Under the pieces are notes generated by a model that worked only from the letters and a program-made list of their open reading frames with translations, was not told where the DNA came from and did not search any database. The position numbers were made by a program, and so were the translations under genes. A stretch of DNA of 64,000 nt from a virus, in the IMG/VR virus record IMGVR_UViG_3300009008_000024, positions 1 through 64,000 of that record. One strand, written 5' to 3'. Each line of letters opens with the position of its first letter. The stretch's first letter is position 1. Positions 37,177-46,793 of this stretch are shown here, one piece after another.

Positions 37177-37911
37177 ATGGCAATTGATATGAAGAAAATG
37201 CAAAGTAAATTTAATAACTTGAAGGCGCGTAGTGGCGGAGGTTCCTGGTGGAAACCGAATGATGGGACGCAAACTGTTCGCATTCTTCCCACCGATGACG
37301 GGGATCCTTTCAAGAGTTTTTACTTTCACTACAATATTGGCAAGGAAAATGGTTTTCTTTGTCCAAACAACAATTTTGGCGACGACTGTCCTGTCTGTAA
37401 TTTTGTGAAGAGTCTTTACCGTGAAGGTGACGACGAATCCAAAAATATGGCGCGCCAGTTGAACGCTAAAAGTCGCTTCTTTTCGCCCGTGTTAATTCGC
37501 GGCGAAGAGGGCGAGGGTACCCGCGTTTGGGGGTATAGCAAGACTGTGTATGAAACCTTACTTAGTTTAGTGCTTAATCCTGAATACGGAGACATCACCG
37601 ATCTGGAAACAGGCGTAGACCTGGATCTTCAATACGGTAAGCCGCCAGGGGGTCAATTCCCCGTCACTAAGTTGACCCCACGCCGCCAGTCTAGTTCACT
37701 ATGTAAGGACTTGAGCGACGATAGATGCAAGGAGTTGCTGGATGCTATCCCTGATTTCAGCACCTTGTTTGAGCGGAAAACTTCCGAGGAAGTACAGAAG
37801 ATGCTAGATGAGCATCTAGCCGGTGATAGTCCTGAAGGTTTTTCTAACGAAACACAGAAATATACTTCGGACGCGGATAAGGTAGATCAAGCATTTAGCG
37901 ATCTTCTTTAA
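37177..37911 (+). CDS. ssDNA-binding protein, T4 gp32-like
   Basis: WKP..G...VRILP, H...CP......CPVC Zn site, YGDITD..TG.D, acidic tail ending in F.DLL. Confidence 0.85.
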   Translation: MAIDMKKMQSKFNNLKARSGGGSWWKPNDGTQTVRILPTDDGDPFKSFYFHYNIGKENGFLCPNNNFGDDCPVCNFVKSLYREGDDESKNMARQLNAKSRFFSPVLIRGEEGEGTRVWGYSKTVYETLLSLVLNPEYGDITDLETGVDLDLQYGKPPGGQFPVTKLTPRRQSSSLCKDLSDDRCKELLDAIPDFSTLFERKTSEEVQKMLDEHLAGDSPEGFSNETQKYTSDADKVDQAFSDLL

Positions 37912-37956
37912 TCCCAACCCACAGGGAGGCACAGGGTTATCAGGTGTCTCATCTTT

Positions 37957-38028
37957 GTCTCTATCGTCTAATGGTTAGGACGCTGCCCTTTCAAGGCAGT
38001 AATAGGAGTTCAAATCTCCTTGGGGACA
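37957..38028 (+). tRNA. tRNA-Glu(TTC)
   Basis: Acceptor GTCTCTA/TGGGGAC; anticodon arm CTGCC-CTTTCAA-GGCAG; T-loop GTTCAAATC; no encoded CCA. Confidence 0.9.
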
Positions 38029-38058
38029 CAACACCATATAAGAGGGGAATTCTGTTCC

Positions 38059-39177
38059 ATGGCGAGACTTAAATCTAAAGCAGGCAAACTTAGCATTAGC
38101 GAGATGCGAAGTTTGATCAACAAGAAGGCTGGGATGCCGGTGGCACACGATCTGTCCTCGGAGAATCCCACAGAGGTGACCGATTGGATTCCTACGGGAT
38201 CAACATGGTTGAACGGCATTATTTGTCGCGGTCAAATGGCGGGTATTCCGGTGGGAAAACTGACTGAGATTGCCGGCATGGAAGCGAGTGGAAAGAGTTA
38301 TATGGCAGCGCAGGTTGCCGCCCACGCCCAGAAAAAGGGCATCGATGTGATTTATTTTGATTCTGAATCTGCGATTGATCCTGGGTTTTTGGAACACAGT
38401 GGAGTTGATCTCGGAGGCATTTTATACCTACAGGCGATATCTGTAGAATTTGTTCTAGAGACAATTGAAGAACTGCTGAAGACAAACAATAACAAGATGT
38501 TGTTTATATGGGACTCTCTTGCACTTACGCCGGCAGTCAGTGATGTGGAGGGAACATTCAATCCCAACGAGTCAGTAGCAGTTAAGGCGCGCGTTCTTGC
38601 CAAGGGCATGTCCAAGTTGGTGGTATCTCTTGCAAATGCACAGTCCACACTTTTGGTCTTGAATCAACTCAAGACCAACCTTCAAGTTCAAAACCCGAAG
38701 TATGCAACGGATAGTGAAAAGTATGTATGCCCAGGCGGCAAGTCTATGGCATATGCATATAGTTTGCGCATTTGGTTGACAGGCAGAAGAGGCGCCAGTA
38801 GTTATATTATGGATAGCAAGGGGTATCGAGTGGGGAATGAAGTCAAAGCAAGACTAGAAAAGTCCAGGTTTGGTACGGCTGGTCGCATTTGTAACTTCAA
38901 GATTCTTTGGGGAGAAGATGTGGGTATCCGAGATGATGAGAGTCTTTTTGAGGCGATTAAGAGTTCCGAGCACCTCAAGAGCGCCGGCGCCTGGTGGACA
39001 TTGACTCACAGCGATGGATCGGAAGAGAAATTTCAGGCAACTAAATGGAAAGACCTTATGCAGGGCGATAAGTTCCGTGCGCGGGTTATGCAATTGCTGG
39101 ACGAAGAAGTTGTTCTTAAGTTCGACAAGAGGTTGGTAGAGGCAGATCACTTCTATCAGGAAGAAGAAGAAGAATAG
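38059..39177 (+). CDS. recA: RecA/UvsX recombinase
   Basis: IPTGS..L, GIPVGK.TEIAG.EASGKS, DSE.A.D, WDS.A, LNQL, PGGK...Y. Confidence 0.93.
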   Translation: MARLKSKAGKLSISEMRSLINKKAGMPVAHDLSSENPTEVTDWIPTGSTWLNGIICRGQMAGIPVGKLTEIAGMEASGKSYMAAQVAAHAQKKGIDVIYFDSESAIDPGFLEHSGVDLGGILYLQAISVEFVLETIEELLKTNNNKMLFIWDSLALTPAVSDVEGTFNPNESVAVKARVLAKGMSKLVVSLANAQSTLLVLNQLKTNLQVQNPKYATDSEKYVCPGGKSMAYAYSLRIWLTGRRGASSYIMDSKGYRVGNEVKARLEKSRFGTAGRICNFKILWGEDVGIRDDESLFEAIKSSEHLKSAGAWWTLTHSDGSEEKFQATKWKDLMQGDKFRARVMQLLDEEVVLKFDKRLVEADHFYQEEEEE

Positions 39178-39193
39178 TGCCCTGAGCACCACA

Positions 39194-39217
39194 GCGCCCC
39201 CGAGAGGGGCGTTTTTT
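39194..39217 (+). terminator. Intrinsic terminator after recA
   Basis: GCGCCCC-cgaga-GGGGCG-TTTTTT. Confidence 0.85.
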
Positions 39218-39307
39218 GGTATTCCCATACTCTCGTCTCCTCGCGGAGAACCATTCGTCACGACGCACCTCAGAGCGCGCCACGCACAGATAAGAAAAAG
39301 AGAAAAA

Positions 39308-40285
39308 ATGAAAAGATTGATGATACTTGATGGCAACAACGCCTTCATACGACACTACATAGTAAACCCTTCCATATCTACGAATGGACAACCAGTGGGA
39401 GGACTAATAGGTTTTCTCAGGGGATTGCAGAAACTTTCTAGGTCCATCCGTCCGGATGGCATTGTTGTAGTTTGGGACGGCGCCGGCGGCAGCAGAAAAA
39501 GAAAGTCCATGGTGAAAACCTACAAGGAAGGAAGAAAACCAGTTAGATTAAATCGCAATATTCGAAATCTGGACGATAACGAAGAGGCAGAGAATGCTAT
39601 GTGGCAGCAACTTAGGGTAGTAGAATACTTGAATGAGACGCCAGTGGTACAATTTATGTTTCCAGAAGTTGAAGCAGACGATATAATAGCTAGAACTTGT
39701 CAACTGGAGACATTTAGAGAGTGGCAAAAGGTGATTGTATCCAGCGATAAAGACTTCATCCAGTGCTGCAATGCCAACACCATTCTTTATCGTCCCATTC
39801 AAGACGAGATTGTGAGCGAAAAGGCGGTGGTAGAGAAGTATTCGATCCATCCTACTAATTTTGCACTGGCACGTGCCATAGCAGGAGACAAGTCTGATAA
39901 TCTTCCAGGAATTCCAGGAATAGGGTTGGGCACCATAGCGAAGAGATTGCCGGCACTAAAGGATGCGGAAGCGGTATTGCTCACCGACCTAGAAGAGTAC
40001 TGCGAGGGCAAGGTAAGTGAGGGGAGCAAGGTGAAGTTCTATAATCTCATTCTAGAGAATGTTGATTTAATTAAATTGAACTATAAAGTGATGCAACTCT
40101 ACAGTCCATCCATCTCAGTTCAGACAAACACGTCTCTTGTTTCCACATTTGAAGACTACGCGCCCCAATTTAGGCAGACGGAATTGATTAAGATGCTTTT
40201 TGCGGATGGGTTTCCTCAAGTAAATCTGGATGAAATTTATAGTGTTTTTAGGAAGATTGTGAGAGAGCACAAAGAAAACACTTGA
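39308..40285 (+). CDS. 5'-3' exonuclease/flap endonuclease (Pol I 5'-nuclease or T4 RNase H family)
   Basis: ILDGNN, VWDG, YKEGR, EADD, SSDKDF.Q, GDKSDNLPGIPGIG. Confidence 0.93.
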   Translation: MKRLMILDGNNAFIRHYIVNPSISTNGQPVGGLIGFLRGLQKLSRSIRPDGIVVVWDGAGGSRKRKSMVKTYKEGRKPVRLNRNIRNLDDNEEAENAMWQQLRVVEYLNETPVVQFMFPEVEADDIIARTCQLETFREWQKVIVSSDKDFIQCCNANTILYRPIQDEIVSEKAVVEKYSIHPTNFALARAIAGDKSDNLPGIPGIGLGTIAKRLPALKDAEAVLLTDLEEYCEGKVSEGSKVKFYNLILENVDLIKLNYKVMQLYSPSISVQTNTSLVSTFEDYAPQFRQTELIKMLFADGFPQVNLDEIYSVFRKIVREHKENT

Positions 40286-40310
40286 CACTTTAGCAAAAAT
40301 ACTGTATGAT
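40282..40310 (+). promoter_or_regulatory. sigma70-type promoter for helicase/nrdJ
   Basis: TTGACA-17-TATGAT; -35 contains the upstream TGA stop. Confidence 0.8.
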
Positions 40311-40337
40311 CAGATCATTATTGAAAGACGGGAAATT

Positions 40338-41708
40338 ATGATCGAAAAAGAAAATAAGACATTTGGTTCGTTTGGGAAATCGTTCCAAGAGTCATTGGCA
40401 AAATTAATTTTAGAAGATTCCAAGTTCGCTTCTCAAATCGGAGAAGTTCTTGATATTAATTTTTTTGAATTGCGGTACTTGCAAGACTTTGTAGAAAAGG
40501 TCTATTCTTATAGAAGAGAATATACCACTCATCCCAATCGGGACACATTCGAGAGTATGCTAAAGAATGAGTCTTCCGGCGACAATAGTGCTGTAAAGAA
40601 ACAGGTTAGGGACTTCTATGTAAGAATGGTGTCGGGAAGATGCGGAGATGTAGATGAAGAATATGTTAAATTAAATTCTTTGGATTTCTGTAGAAAGCAG
40701 AAACTGCAAGAGGCGATGCTTCAGAGTGTGAGACTCATGCAGGACTCTTCTTTTGATGAGATAAGCAAAATTATCAATGATGCTCTCAAACTAGGACTTA
40801 GCACAGATTTTGGATATGACTTCATTGAGGACTTTGAGCAGAGATACCAACTAACTTGTAGGAATCCGGTTTCTACTGGGTGGGTAGAGATAGATAAGAT
40901 CCTCCGCGGAGGTCTGGGAAGTTCTGAGTTGGGGGTAGTTATTGCTCCAACGGGCGTAGGCAAGAGCATGGTCCTTACCCACCTAGGCGCGCGCGCAATC
41001 GAGTCGGGAAAAACAGTCGTGCATTATACTTTAGAGTTACAAGATGTAAGCATCGGGAACAGATATGATAGTTGCATAACGGGGATCAGACTTAATGAGT
41101 TGTTTGCGAAAAAAGATGAAGTTCTAGGGGAGATACGCAGTATTCCTGGGAAACTTCTCATAAAGGAATATCCTACGAAATCCGCCACGACGCAGACAAT
41201 ACGCAATCACTTAGAGAAGTTGAGGCAAAGAGATATTGAGGTGGGAATGGTGATTGTGGACTACGGTGATATTTTAAGACCTATTTCTGTTTCAAAAGAG
41301 AAAAGGAATGATCTCGAAACTATTTATGAAGAGTTGAGGGCAATTGCTCAAGAATTTGAGTGCCCGGTCTGGACCGCCTCACAAACAAACAGGAGTGGAA
41401 TTAACGCAGAAGTTATTACCATGGAATCCATAAGCGAAGCGTATTCAAAGTGCTTTGTTGCGGACTTTATTTTTTCAGTTTCGAGGACGGTTTCAGACAA
41501 GATGAACAACACCGGCAGAATTTTTATAGCTAAAAACCGTAATGGTATTGATGGAGTGGTATATCCTATTTTTATGGATGCTGCAAACGTTGATATCAAG
41601 GTCCTTCCTCAGATCAATATCGCTCCTGATGATGAGAAGATGACCGGCATTCAAGTGCAATACAAGAAGTGGCGCGACAAGGAACAACAAAGAAAAGAAA
41701 AGGAGTGA
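40338..41708 (+). CDS. Replicative DnaB/gp41-like helicase
   Basis: TGW..ID....GG...ELGV.IAPTGVGKS, TLE, IVDY.D, WTASQTNR, KNR.G. Confidence 0.92.
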   Translation: MIEKENKTFGSFGKSFQESLAKLILEDSKFASQIGEVLDINFFELRYLQDFVEKVYSYRREYTTHPNRDTFESMLKNESSGDNSAVKKQVRDFYVRMVSGRCGDVDEEYVKLNSLDFCRKQKLQEAMLQSVRLMQDSSFDEISKIINDALKLGLSTDFGYDFIEDFEQRYQLTCRNPVSTGWVEIDKILRGGLGSSELGVVIAPTGVGKSMVLTHLGARAIESGKTVVHYTLELQDVSIGNRYDSCITGIRLNELFAKKDEVLGEIRSIPGKLLIKEYPTKSATTQTIRNHLEKLRQRDIEVGMVIVDYGDILRPISVSKEKRNDLETIYEELRAIAQEFECPVWTASQTNRSGINAEVITMESISEAYSKCFVADFIFSVSRTVSDKMNNTGRIFIAKNRNGIDGVVYPIFMDAANVDIKVLPQINIAPDDEKMTGIQVQYKKWRDKEQQRKEKE

Positions 41709-41714
41709 AAATAA

Positions 41715-43571
41715 ATGGAATTATCTAGCAAGATCTTAAGTGATGTGACAGTGTTTATGAAGTATGCACGTTTTAGGGAAGACTTGGGCAGGAGAGAGAC
41801 GTGGGAAGAGTTGGTGACTAGGAACATGGAGATGCACATCAGGACTTATCCCGACTTGCAAGAAGAAATTAGAGAATCTTATAGGTTTGTGTATGAAAAG
41901 AAGGTACTTCCATCAATGAGGTCACTTCAGTTCAGTGGGCGCCCAATTGAAATATCTCCAAATAGAATTTATAATTGTGCGTATCTTCCGGTAGACGATT
42001 GGCGCGCCTTTAGTGAAATTCTGTTCCTTCTCTTGGGCGGAACGGGAGTGGGATACAGTGTGCAGCAGCACCACGTAGAAGTTCTTCCTGAGATCAGGAA
42101 GCCGAATATGTCTCGGACTCGTCGATATTTGATTGGAGATAGTATTGAGGGTTGGGCGGATGCAGTAAAGATCTTGATGAAGTCTTATTTTTTCGGCACT
42201 TCCAATATTAGTTTTGATTTTAGTGACATTCGCGCGAAAGGATCTAGGTTGGTAACCAGTGGTGGCAAAGCGCCTGGACCTGAACCCCTCAAGATTTGCC
42301 TACAACAAATAGAGAGTATCTTGAGCGAGAAAGAAGATGGTACCCAACTAAGACCAATAGAGGTGCATGATATTGTTTGTCATATAGCAGACGCCGTTCT
42401 TGCTGGCGGTATCCGTCGAGCCGCCCTTATTTCGTTGTTTTCTGCCGACGATGAAGAGATGATATCTTCGAAGTATGGTAATTGGCATGAGAGAAACCCC
42501 CAGCGCGGACGCTCTAATAACAGTGCAGTCTTGCTGCGACACAAGGCAGATAGAGAATTTTTCAATGGACTTTGGGAGAAAATTAAACTAAGCAATAGTG
42601 GTGAACCAGGCATTTACTTCTCCAACGATAAGGACTATGGCACTAACCCATGTTGCGAAATTGCGTTGCGACCTTTTCAGTTTTGTAATCTATGCGAGGT
42701 TAATGCCTCTAATGTAGAAGATCAGGAGGATTTTGATGAGCGGATCCGCGCCGCCGCTTTTATCGGCACCCTCCAGGCAGGTTATACTAATTTCCACTAT
42801 TTGAGACCTGTTTGGCAACGCACTACTGAAAAGGAAGCGCTTATAGGAGTTAGTCTTACGGGAATTGCCTCAAGGAGATTGGAGCATATTGACCTAAAGG
42901 GAGGAGCGACCGTCGCGAAAAAGGTAAATCGAGAAACTGCCGAGAAGATTGGTATAAATCCCGCAGCGCGAATAACGACTATTAAGCCTGCTGGTACAAC
43001 CTCTTTGGCACTAGGTTGTAGTTCTGGTATTCATGCTTGGCATAATGATTATTATGTGCGCCGCATTAGAGTCGGCAAGAACGAATCTATCTACCCCTAC
43101 CTTTTGGAGAACCACCCGGAATTGATAGAGGATGAGTTTTTTAGACCTCACGACACAGCAGTCATTTCGGTACCGCAAAAGGCGCCCGCCGGCGCTGTCC
43201 TAAGACATGAGTCTGCATTTTCTCTCTTGGAGAGGGTAAAGGGTTTTTATGAGAGGTGGATCAAGCCGGGTCATGCCCGCGGACAAAATACTCACAATAT
43301 TTCCGCGACCATTTCTTTGAGAGAAGAAGAGTGGGATGAGGTCGGTGATTGGATGTGGGAGAATCGGGCATGCTATAACGGATTATCGGTCCTTCCTTAC
43401 GATGGCGGATCGTATATGCAATCTCCATTTGAGGATTGTGATTTGGAAACGTATGAAAAGATGATGGAATCGCTAAAGTCAGTGGATTTGACGCAGATTA
43501 GCGAGGAAGAGGACAACACAGATCTCAAGGGAGAGGTGGCATGTGCCGGAGGCGCGTGTGAAATAAGATGA
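41715..43571 (+). CDS. nrdJ: Class II (B12-dependent, monomeric-type) ribonucleotide reductase
   Basis: ETWEE.V.R, PSMRS, NCA, GG.GVG.S, AGG.RRAA.I, TNPC.EI, TIKPAGT.S, C-terminal CAGGACE; no small subunit nearby. Confidence 0.9.
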   Translation: MELSSKILSDVTVFMKYARFREDLGRRETWEELVTRNMEMHIRTYPDLQEEIRESYRFVYEKKVLPSMRSLQFSGRPIEISPNRIYNCAYLPVDDWRAFSEILFLLLGGTGVGYSVQQHHVEVLPEIRKPNMSRTRRYLIGDSIEGWADAVKILMKSYFFGTSNISFDFSDIRAKGSRLVTSGGKAPGPEPLKICLQQIESILSEKEDGTQLRPIEVHDIVCHIADAVLAGGIRRAALISLFSADDEEMISSKYGNWHERNPQRGRSNNSAVLLRHKADREFFNGLWEKIKLSNSGEPGIYFSNDKDYGTNPCCEIALRPFQFCNLCEVNASNVEDQEDFDERIRAAAFIGTLQAGYTNFHYLRPVWQRTTEKEALIGVSLTGIASRRLEHIDLKGGATVAKKVNRETAEKIGINPAARITTIKPAGTTSLALGCSSGIHAWHNDYYVRRIRVGKNESIYPYLLENHPELIEDEFFRPHDTAVISVPQKAPAGAVLRHESAFSLLERVKGFYERWIKPGHARGQNTHNISATISLREEEWDEVGDWMWENRACYNGLSVLPYDGGSYMQSPFEDCDLETYEKMMESLKSVDLTQISEEEDNTDLKGEVACAGGACEIR

Positions 43572-43584
43572 AAGCAAAAAAAGC

Positions 43585-43613
43585 TTGACACGTAGAAGTG
43601 AATCTGGTAAAAT
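43585..43613 (+). promoter_or_regulatory. sigma70-type promoter for the thyX operon
   Basis: TTGACA-17-TAAAAT, extended TG. Confidence 0.85.
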
Positions 43614-43642
43614 AAGAATGCTCATAAAAAAAGGAGATTATT

Positions 43643-43921
43643 ATGGCAACTAATTTGAAGATGGTCAGCCCGATTAAGGTAGATGACCAAAAAGAAGAAA
43701 AAATTGTAGATTACATAAAATCAATTAAAGCGCTGGAAGAGGAGATGGAACCCTACAAGGAACAGAAGAGAGAACTGAAGAAGAATTATGTAGAAAATGG
43801 ATGGTTGACGAAAGAAGAAATAAGCACGGCGGTAAAGGCGTTTAGACTAATGAAGGGCGAAGTCGATTTAGATCAAATGAGAGATTTTTTCAACCTGTAT
43901 GAAAGGACAAAGGTGATCTAA
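43643..43921 (+). CDS. Small helical DNA-binding protein (GapR/T4 DsbA-like)
   Basis: YIKSI..LEEE....E...ELK.....G.....I..A.K pattern; own sigma70 promoter. Confidence 0.5.
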   Translation: MATNLKMVSPIKVDDQKEEKIVDYIKSIKALEEEMEPYKEQKRELKKNYVENGWLTKEEISTAVKAFRLMKGEVDLDQMRDFFNLYERTKVI

Positions 43922-43922
43922 C

Positions 43923-44249
43923 ATGGTACAACTAAGATATGTGCCATTGAATCGCCACCTCCTGCTGGAGGACGTAGACTTGGCAGAGAAGTCGCCCTCC
44001 CCCGTCTTAGTGCCGGATGAATACAAGGTTGTCAGGAACTTTGGCATCTATTCTATTGTGGAGGCTGCCATTGACTGCGATACCTTCTTTCAGAATGGAG
44101 AAATGGTGGTGGTGGAAGAGAGCATGGTAAGGGAGGTGGAACTCCCGGGCGATAAAAAATATTATGTCCTCCCCGAAAATTTGGTTATTTTAAGAGTTAG
44201 CAAAGCAAAAGAAAGTTCCCACTATGGAAATCCCTACAACGAAGATTGA
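43923..44249 (+). CDS. Divergent GroES-like co-chaperonin
   Basis: PLNRHLLL, VLVPD mobile-loop-like segment, GEMVV, EV.....YYVL.E..VI. Confidence 0.6.
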   Translation: MVQLRYVPLNRHLLLEDVDLAEKSPSPVLVPDEYKVVRNFGIYSIVEAAIDCDTFFQNGEMVVVEESMVREVELPGDKKYYVLPENLVILRVSKAKESSHYGNPYNED

Positions 44250-44952
44250 TCTATATAACGATGGCATTGGCACAGTAGAGTATGTGGAGCACATGGGCAG
44301 CGATTTATCAGTGGTAAATTCTGCCCGCGTTTCCTTTGGCGCCCACAAAGAGATATTGGAAGAGAAGGATGAGAAACTAGTTTCTTATCTGGTGAGGCAC
44401 AAGCACACATCTACGCTTGAACATTGCCTCATTACCTTTCGCTTTGTGGTGCCACTCTTTGTTCGCTCGCAACATCACAGGCACAGAACTTGGTCGTACA
44501 ATGAAATATCTCGTCGATACACAGACGTTGATATCAGTTTTTATGAACCAAGAGAGTTTAGGACGCAGCACGAAAGCAATCGGCAATCTAGCAATGAGTC
44601 TGGACATATAGACCCGCGCATTTCTCTCATAGACGAATTGCCAGATGGTCACCTTTATTATGAAGACTCTGCGCACTCCTTGATAAGAGAACACCACCAG
44701 AAAAGCATGGTGCTATATCAGTCCCTTGTGGCTGCCGGGGTTTGTCGAGAGCAAGCAAGAGGTGTGCTGCCACAGAATATGTATACTCAATACTATGGCA
44801 CAACGAACCTAAACAACTTGCTAAAGTTTATTGACTTGCGAACTCACGAGGGAGCACAATGGGAGATACAAAAGGTTGCCGAAGCTTGTTTGGAAATAGC
44901 AACTGAACTATTCCCCGTCACTGTTGGTGCATATAGAAAATCAAGAGAATGA
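44224..44952 (+). CDS. thyX: FAD-dependent thymidylate synthase
   Basis: VNSARVS, H.S.LEH, RHRTWSYNEISRRY, REQARGVLP, F..LR....AQWEI. Confidence 0.96.
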   Translation: MEIPTTKIDLYNDGIGTVEYVEHMGSDLSVVNSARVSFGAHKEILEEKDEKLVSYLVRHKHTSTLEHCLITFRFVVPLFVRSQHHRHRTWSYNEISRRYTDVDISFYEPREFRTQHESNRQSSNESGHIDPRISLIDELPDGHLYYEDSAHSLIREHHQKSMVLYQSLVAAGVCREQARGVLPQNMYTQYYGTTNLNNLLKFIDLRTHEGAQWEIQKVAEACLEIATELFPVTVGAYRKSRE

Positions 44953-45722
44953 GCATAGTATACCAATATAACAAAATAATTATTGGAGGGTCTTTGTCGG
45001 CATTGCTGTACGGGCACAGAAACAAAATTCCTGTAGTATACGCTACTCCGAGAGTTCCTTTGTTTTTTGAGTCTGATAGCGCAGGCAGAAGTAAGCAAGA
45101 ATTATGGCATAAACTATCTTTCCAATTATCATTAGCGGGGTTGATGCCGATGTCAGATAAGGTAGTAAGTCTCAGGATTGAAGACGACGGCATATTAAAG
45201 GCGTTTACTGATGATCCTTTTTACGCCACATTTCAATGCGGGGAATTTATTGTGTTTGACGACACCAACCTTGAAGGGTATGATTCTGAGATCGAGCAGT
45301 CGCACAAATACCGGGTACTTGATTGGATCAACGACAGGAAGAGTTCTCCTCATGATGTTGACTATCTTGAATCCGATGAGGATTTTGTGAAAGAGGTATA
45401 TTTTTATCCGTCTAAGAGGATAGATGGAAATTGGAGCGGCAAGAAGGATATCCTAGCAATATCTTACTTGACGCACGATCAGATTGATAGTGTGGAATAC
45501 TGCGACACATATGTTAAGTTTAAGGTGTTGCACATGATGAAGGACGCTGGCATTGTTGGACCAAAGAACGGCAAGAACAAGAGGGATCCTACAAAGCACA
45601 ACTACTTGTCCATCAAACTGGAAACATCCAACCGGGAAGTGGAACCAGTTATACGAGGACCATACCATGAAGAGCAACTTTTGAAGGGGTTTGAATTGAA
45701 CCATAGGCATCTAGATGGATAA
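44949..45722 (+). CDS. Hypothetical protein with degenerate Rossmann-like N-terminus
   Basis: KIIIGGSLSALL.G beta-alpha motif; ATGA overlap with thyX. Confidence 0.5.
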   Translation: MSIVYQYNKIIIGGSLSALLYGHRNKIPVVYATPRVPLFFESDSAGRSKQELWHKLSFQLSLAGLMPMSDKVVSLRIEDDGILKAFTDDPFYATFQCGEFIVFDDTNLEGYDSEIEQSHKYRVLDWINDRKSSPHDVDYLESDEDFVKEVYFYPSKRIDGNWSGKKDILAISYLTHDQIDSVEYCDTYVKFKVLHMMKDAGIVGPKNGKNKRDPTKHNYLSIKLETSNREVEPVIRGPYHEEQLLKGFELNHRHLDG

Positions 45723-46662
45723 GAAGCCGTCTAACACAACATACTTTAGTTTAGCGGGCGTCGTGCCTATCGCTGGTGAAAAACTGGATTATAATTTTCC
45801 ATGGCATGATAGCATGATGCCTATTGGTAAAAATTATCTTGCAGTGGAGCGTAGCGTATATGAGTGTGCTGTTGTGGGTTGTGAAAGTATTTGGATTGTA
45901 TGCCACAAAGAGATGCAATCTCTCATCCGCCACCGCCTAGGCGATTGGATATCAGATCCTGCAACATCGCCCGGGGTAAAGGCGCACTTTGTCAAATTTC
46001 CATCGCAACACACGAAGTATATACCCATCTATTATGTCCCTATCCACCCAAAGGATAGGGACAAGAGAGACTGCCTATCTTGGAGTGTGGTGTATGGTGC
46101 GATGAGAGCTTTTTCGTTGTCCAAAATAATTAGCAAGTGGACGGTGCCAGATAAGTACTATGTCTCATTTCCATATGGAGTGTACGATCCTACGCAATTG
46201 CAGAAGTACCGCAGAGATATATCAAGCAAGAAGGAGTTTCGCCTATCTTATAGGGGAGAGACTGTTAGAGACGGGAAATATCTCTCTTTTACGTTTGACG
46301 CTGAAGATTGGAAAAAATTCAGAAGAGTTATACGAAGTGGCACTGGGAAATACGAACCAGGTTCGTATTTTGATGAGGAAGAAGGCGCCATAAAAGGAAA
46401 CACCCTTCCTGTAAGCGAAAGGTATAGCGCCAAACACTTTTCCTTACAGGAGGTATTCGGATGTCTCTCAGCGCAACCCCATGATGATCACGAAATTGAT
46501 TGCTATTATGGCGTAGATAACTGGGAAGACTATTGTGCATACATGAGCGCCGAAATGCCCAAGATTTCCAAGAGACCAGATTATATTCTGAAGTATCACG
46601 AGCATAATCCTTTTGGGAAAGACAGGGAAGAAATCGTATGCAGCGATGAAAAAAATACTTGA
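45715..46662 (+). CDS. Divergent sugar-phosphate nucleotidyltransferase-fold (GT-A) protein
   Basis: GVVPIAG...MMPIG....VE.SV..C...GC..IWIV follows the NTP-transferase N-terminal pattern; C-terminal Y.GVDNWEDY. Confidence 0.55.
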   Translation: MDKKPSNTTYFSLAGVVPIAGEKLDYNFPWHDSMMPIGKNYLAVERSVYECAVVGCESIWIVCHKEMQSLIRHRLGDWISDPATSPGVKAHFVKFPSQHTKYIPIYYVPIHPKDRDKRDCLSWSVVYGAMRAFSLSKIISKWTVPDKYYVSFPYGVYDPTQLQKYRRDISSKKEFRLSYRGETVRDGKYLSFTFDAEDWKKFRRVIRSGTGKYEPGSYFDEEEGAIKGNTLPVSERYSAKHFSLQEVFGCLSAQPHDDHEIDCYYGVDNWEDYCAYMSAEMPKISKRPDYILKYHEHNPFGKDREEIVCSDEKNT

Positions 46663-46687
46663 CATTTCCTTGGTATTGTGTTATGAT
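46659..46687 (+). promoter_or_regulatory. sigma70-type promoter for tRNA-Leu/tRNA-Ile/hsp20
   Basis: TTGACA-17-TATGAT, extended TG. Confidence 0.85.
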
Positions 46688-46703
46688 GTGGTATCTTAGA
46701 CAG

Positions 46704-46788
46704 GCCGGGATGGCGGAAATGGTAGACGCAGTGGACTTAAAATCCATCGTTCTCTCTGAACTTGAGGGTTCAAGTCCCTCTCTCGGTA
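46704..46788 (+). tRNA. tRNA-Leu(TAA)
   Basis: GCCGGGA/TCTCGGT acceptor; GTGGA-CTTAAAA-TCCAT anticodon arm; long variable arm; GGTTCAAGTCC. Confidence 0.92.
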
Positions 46789-46793
46789 TTTTT

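Noticed and set aside
38020-38058. Extended starts given by the track (recA 38020, MCP 14362, scaffold 13017, polA 32312, MTase 51144, dut 53138, hsp20 46923)
   Set aside because: They overlap tRNAs, upstream genes or promoters; downstream starts have SDs or stop/start coupling
39218-39300. GC-rich spacer after the recA terminator with tiny hairpins
   Set aside because: Stems of only 4-5 bp with no coherent fold or known motif; insufficient support for an ncRNA
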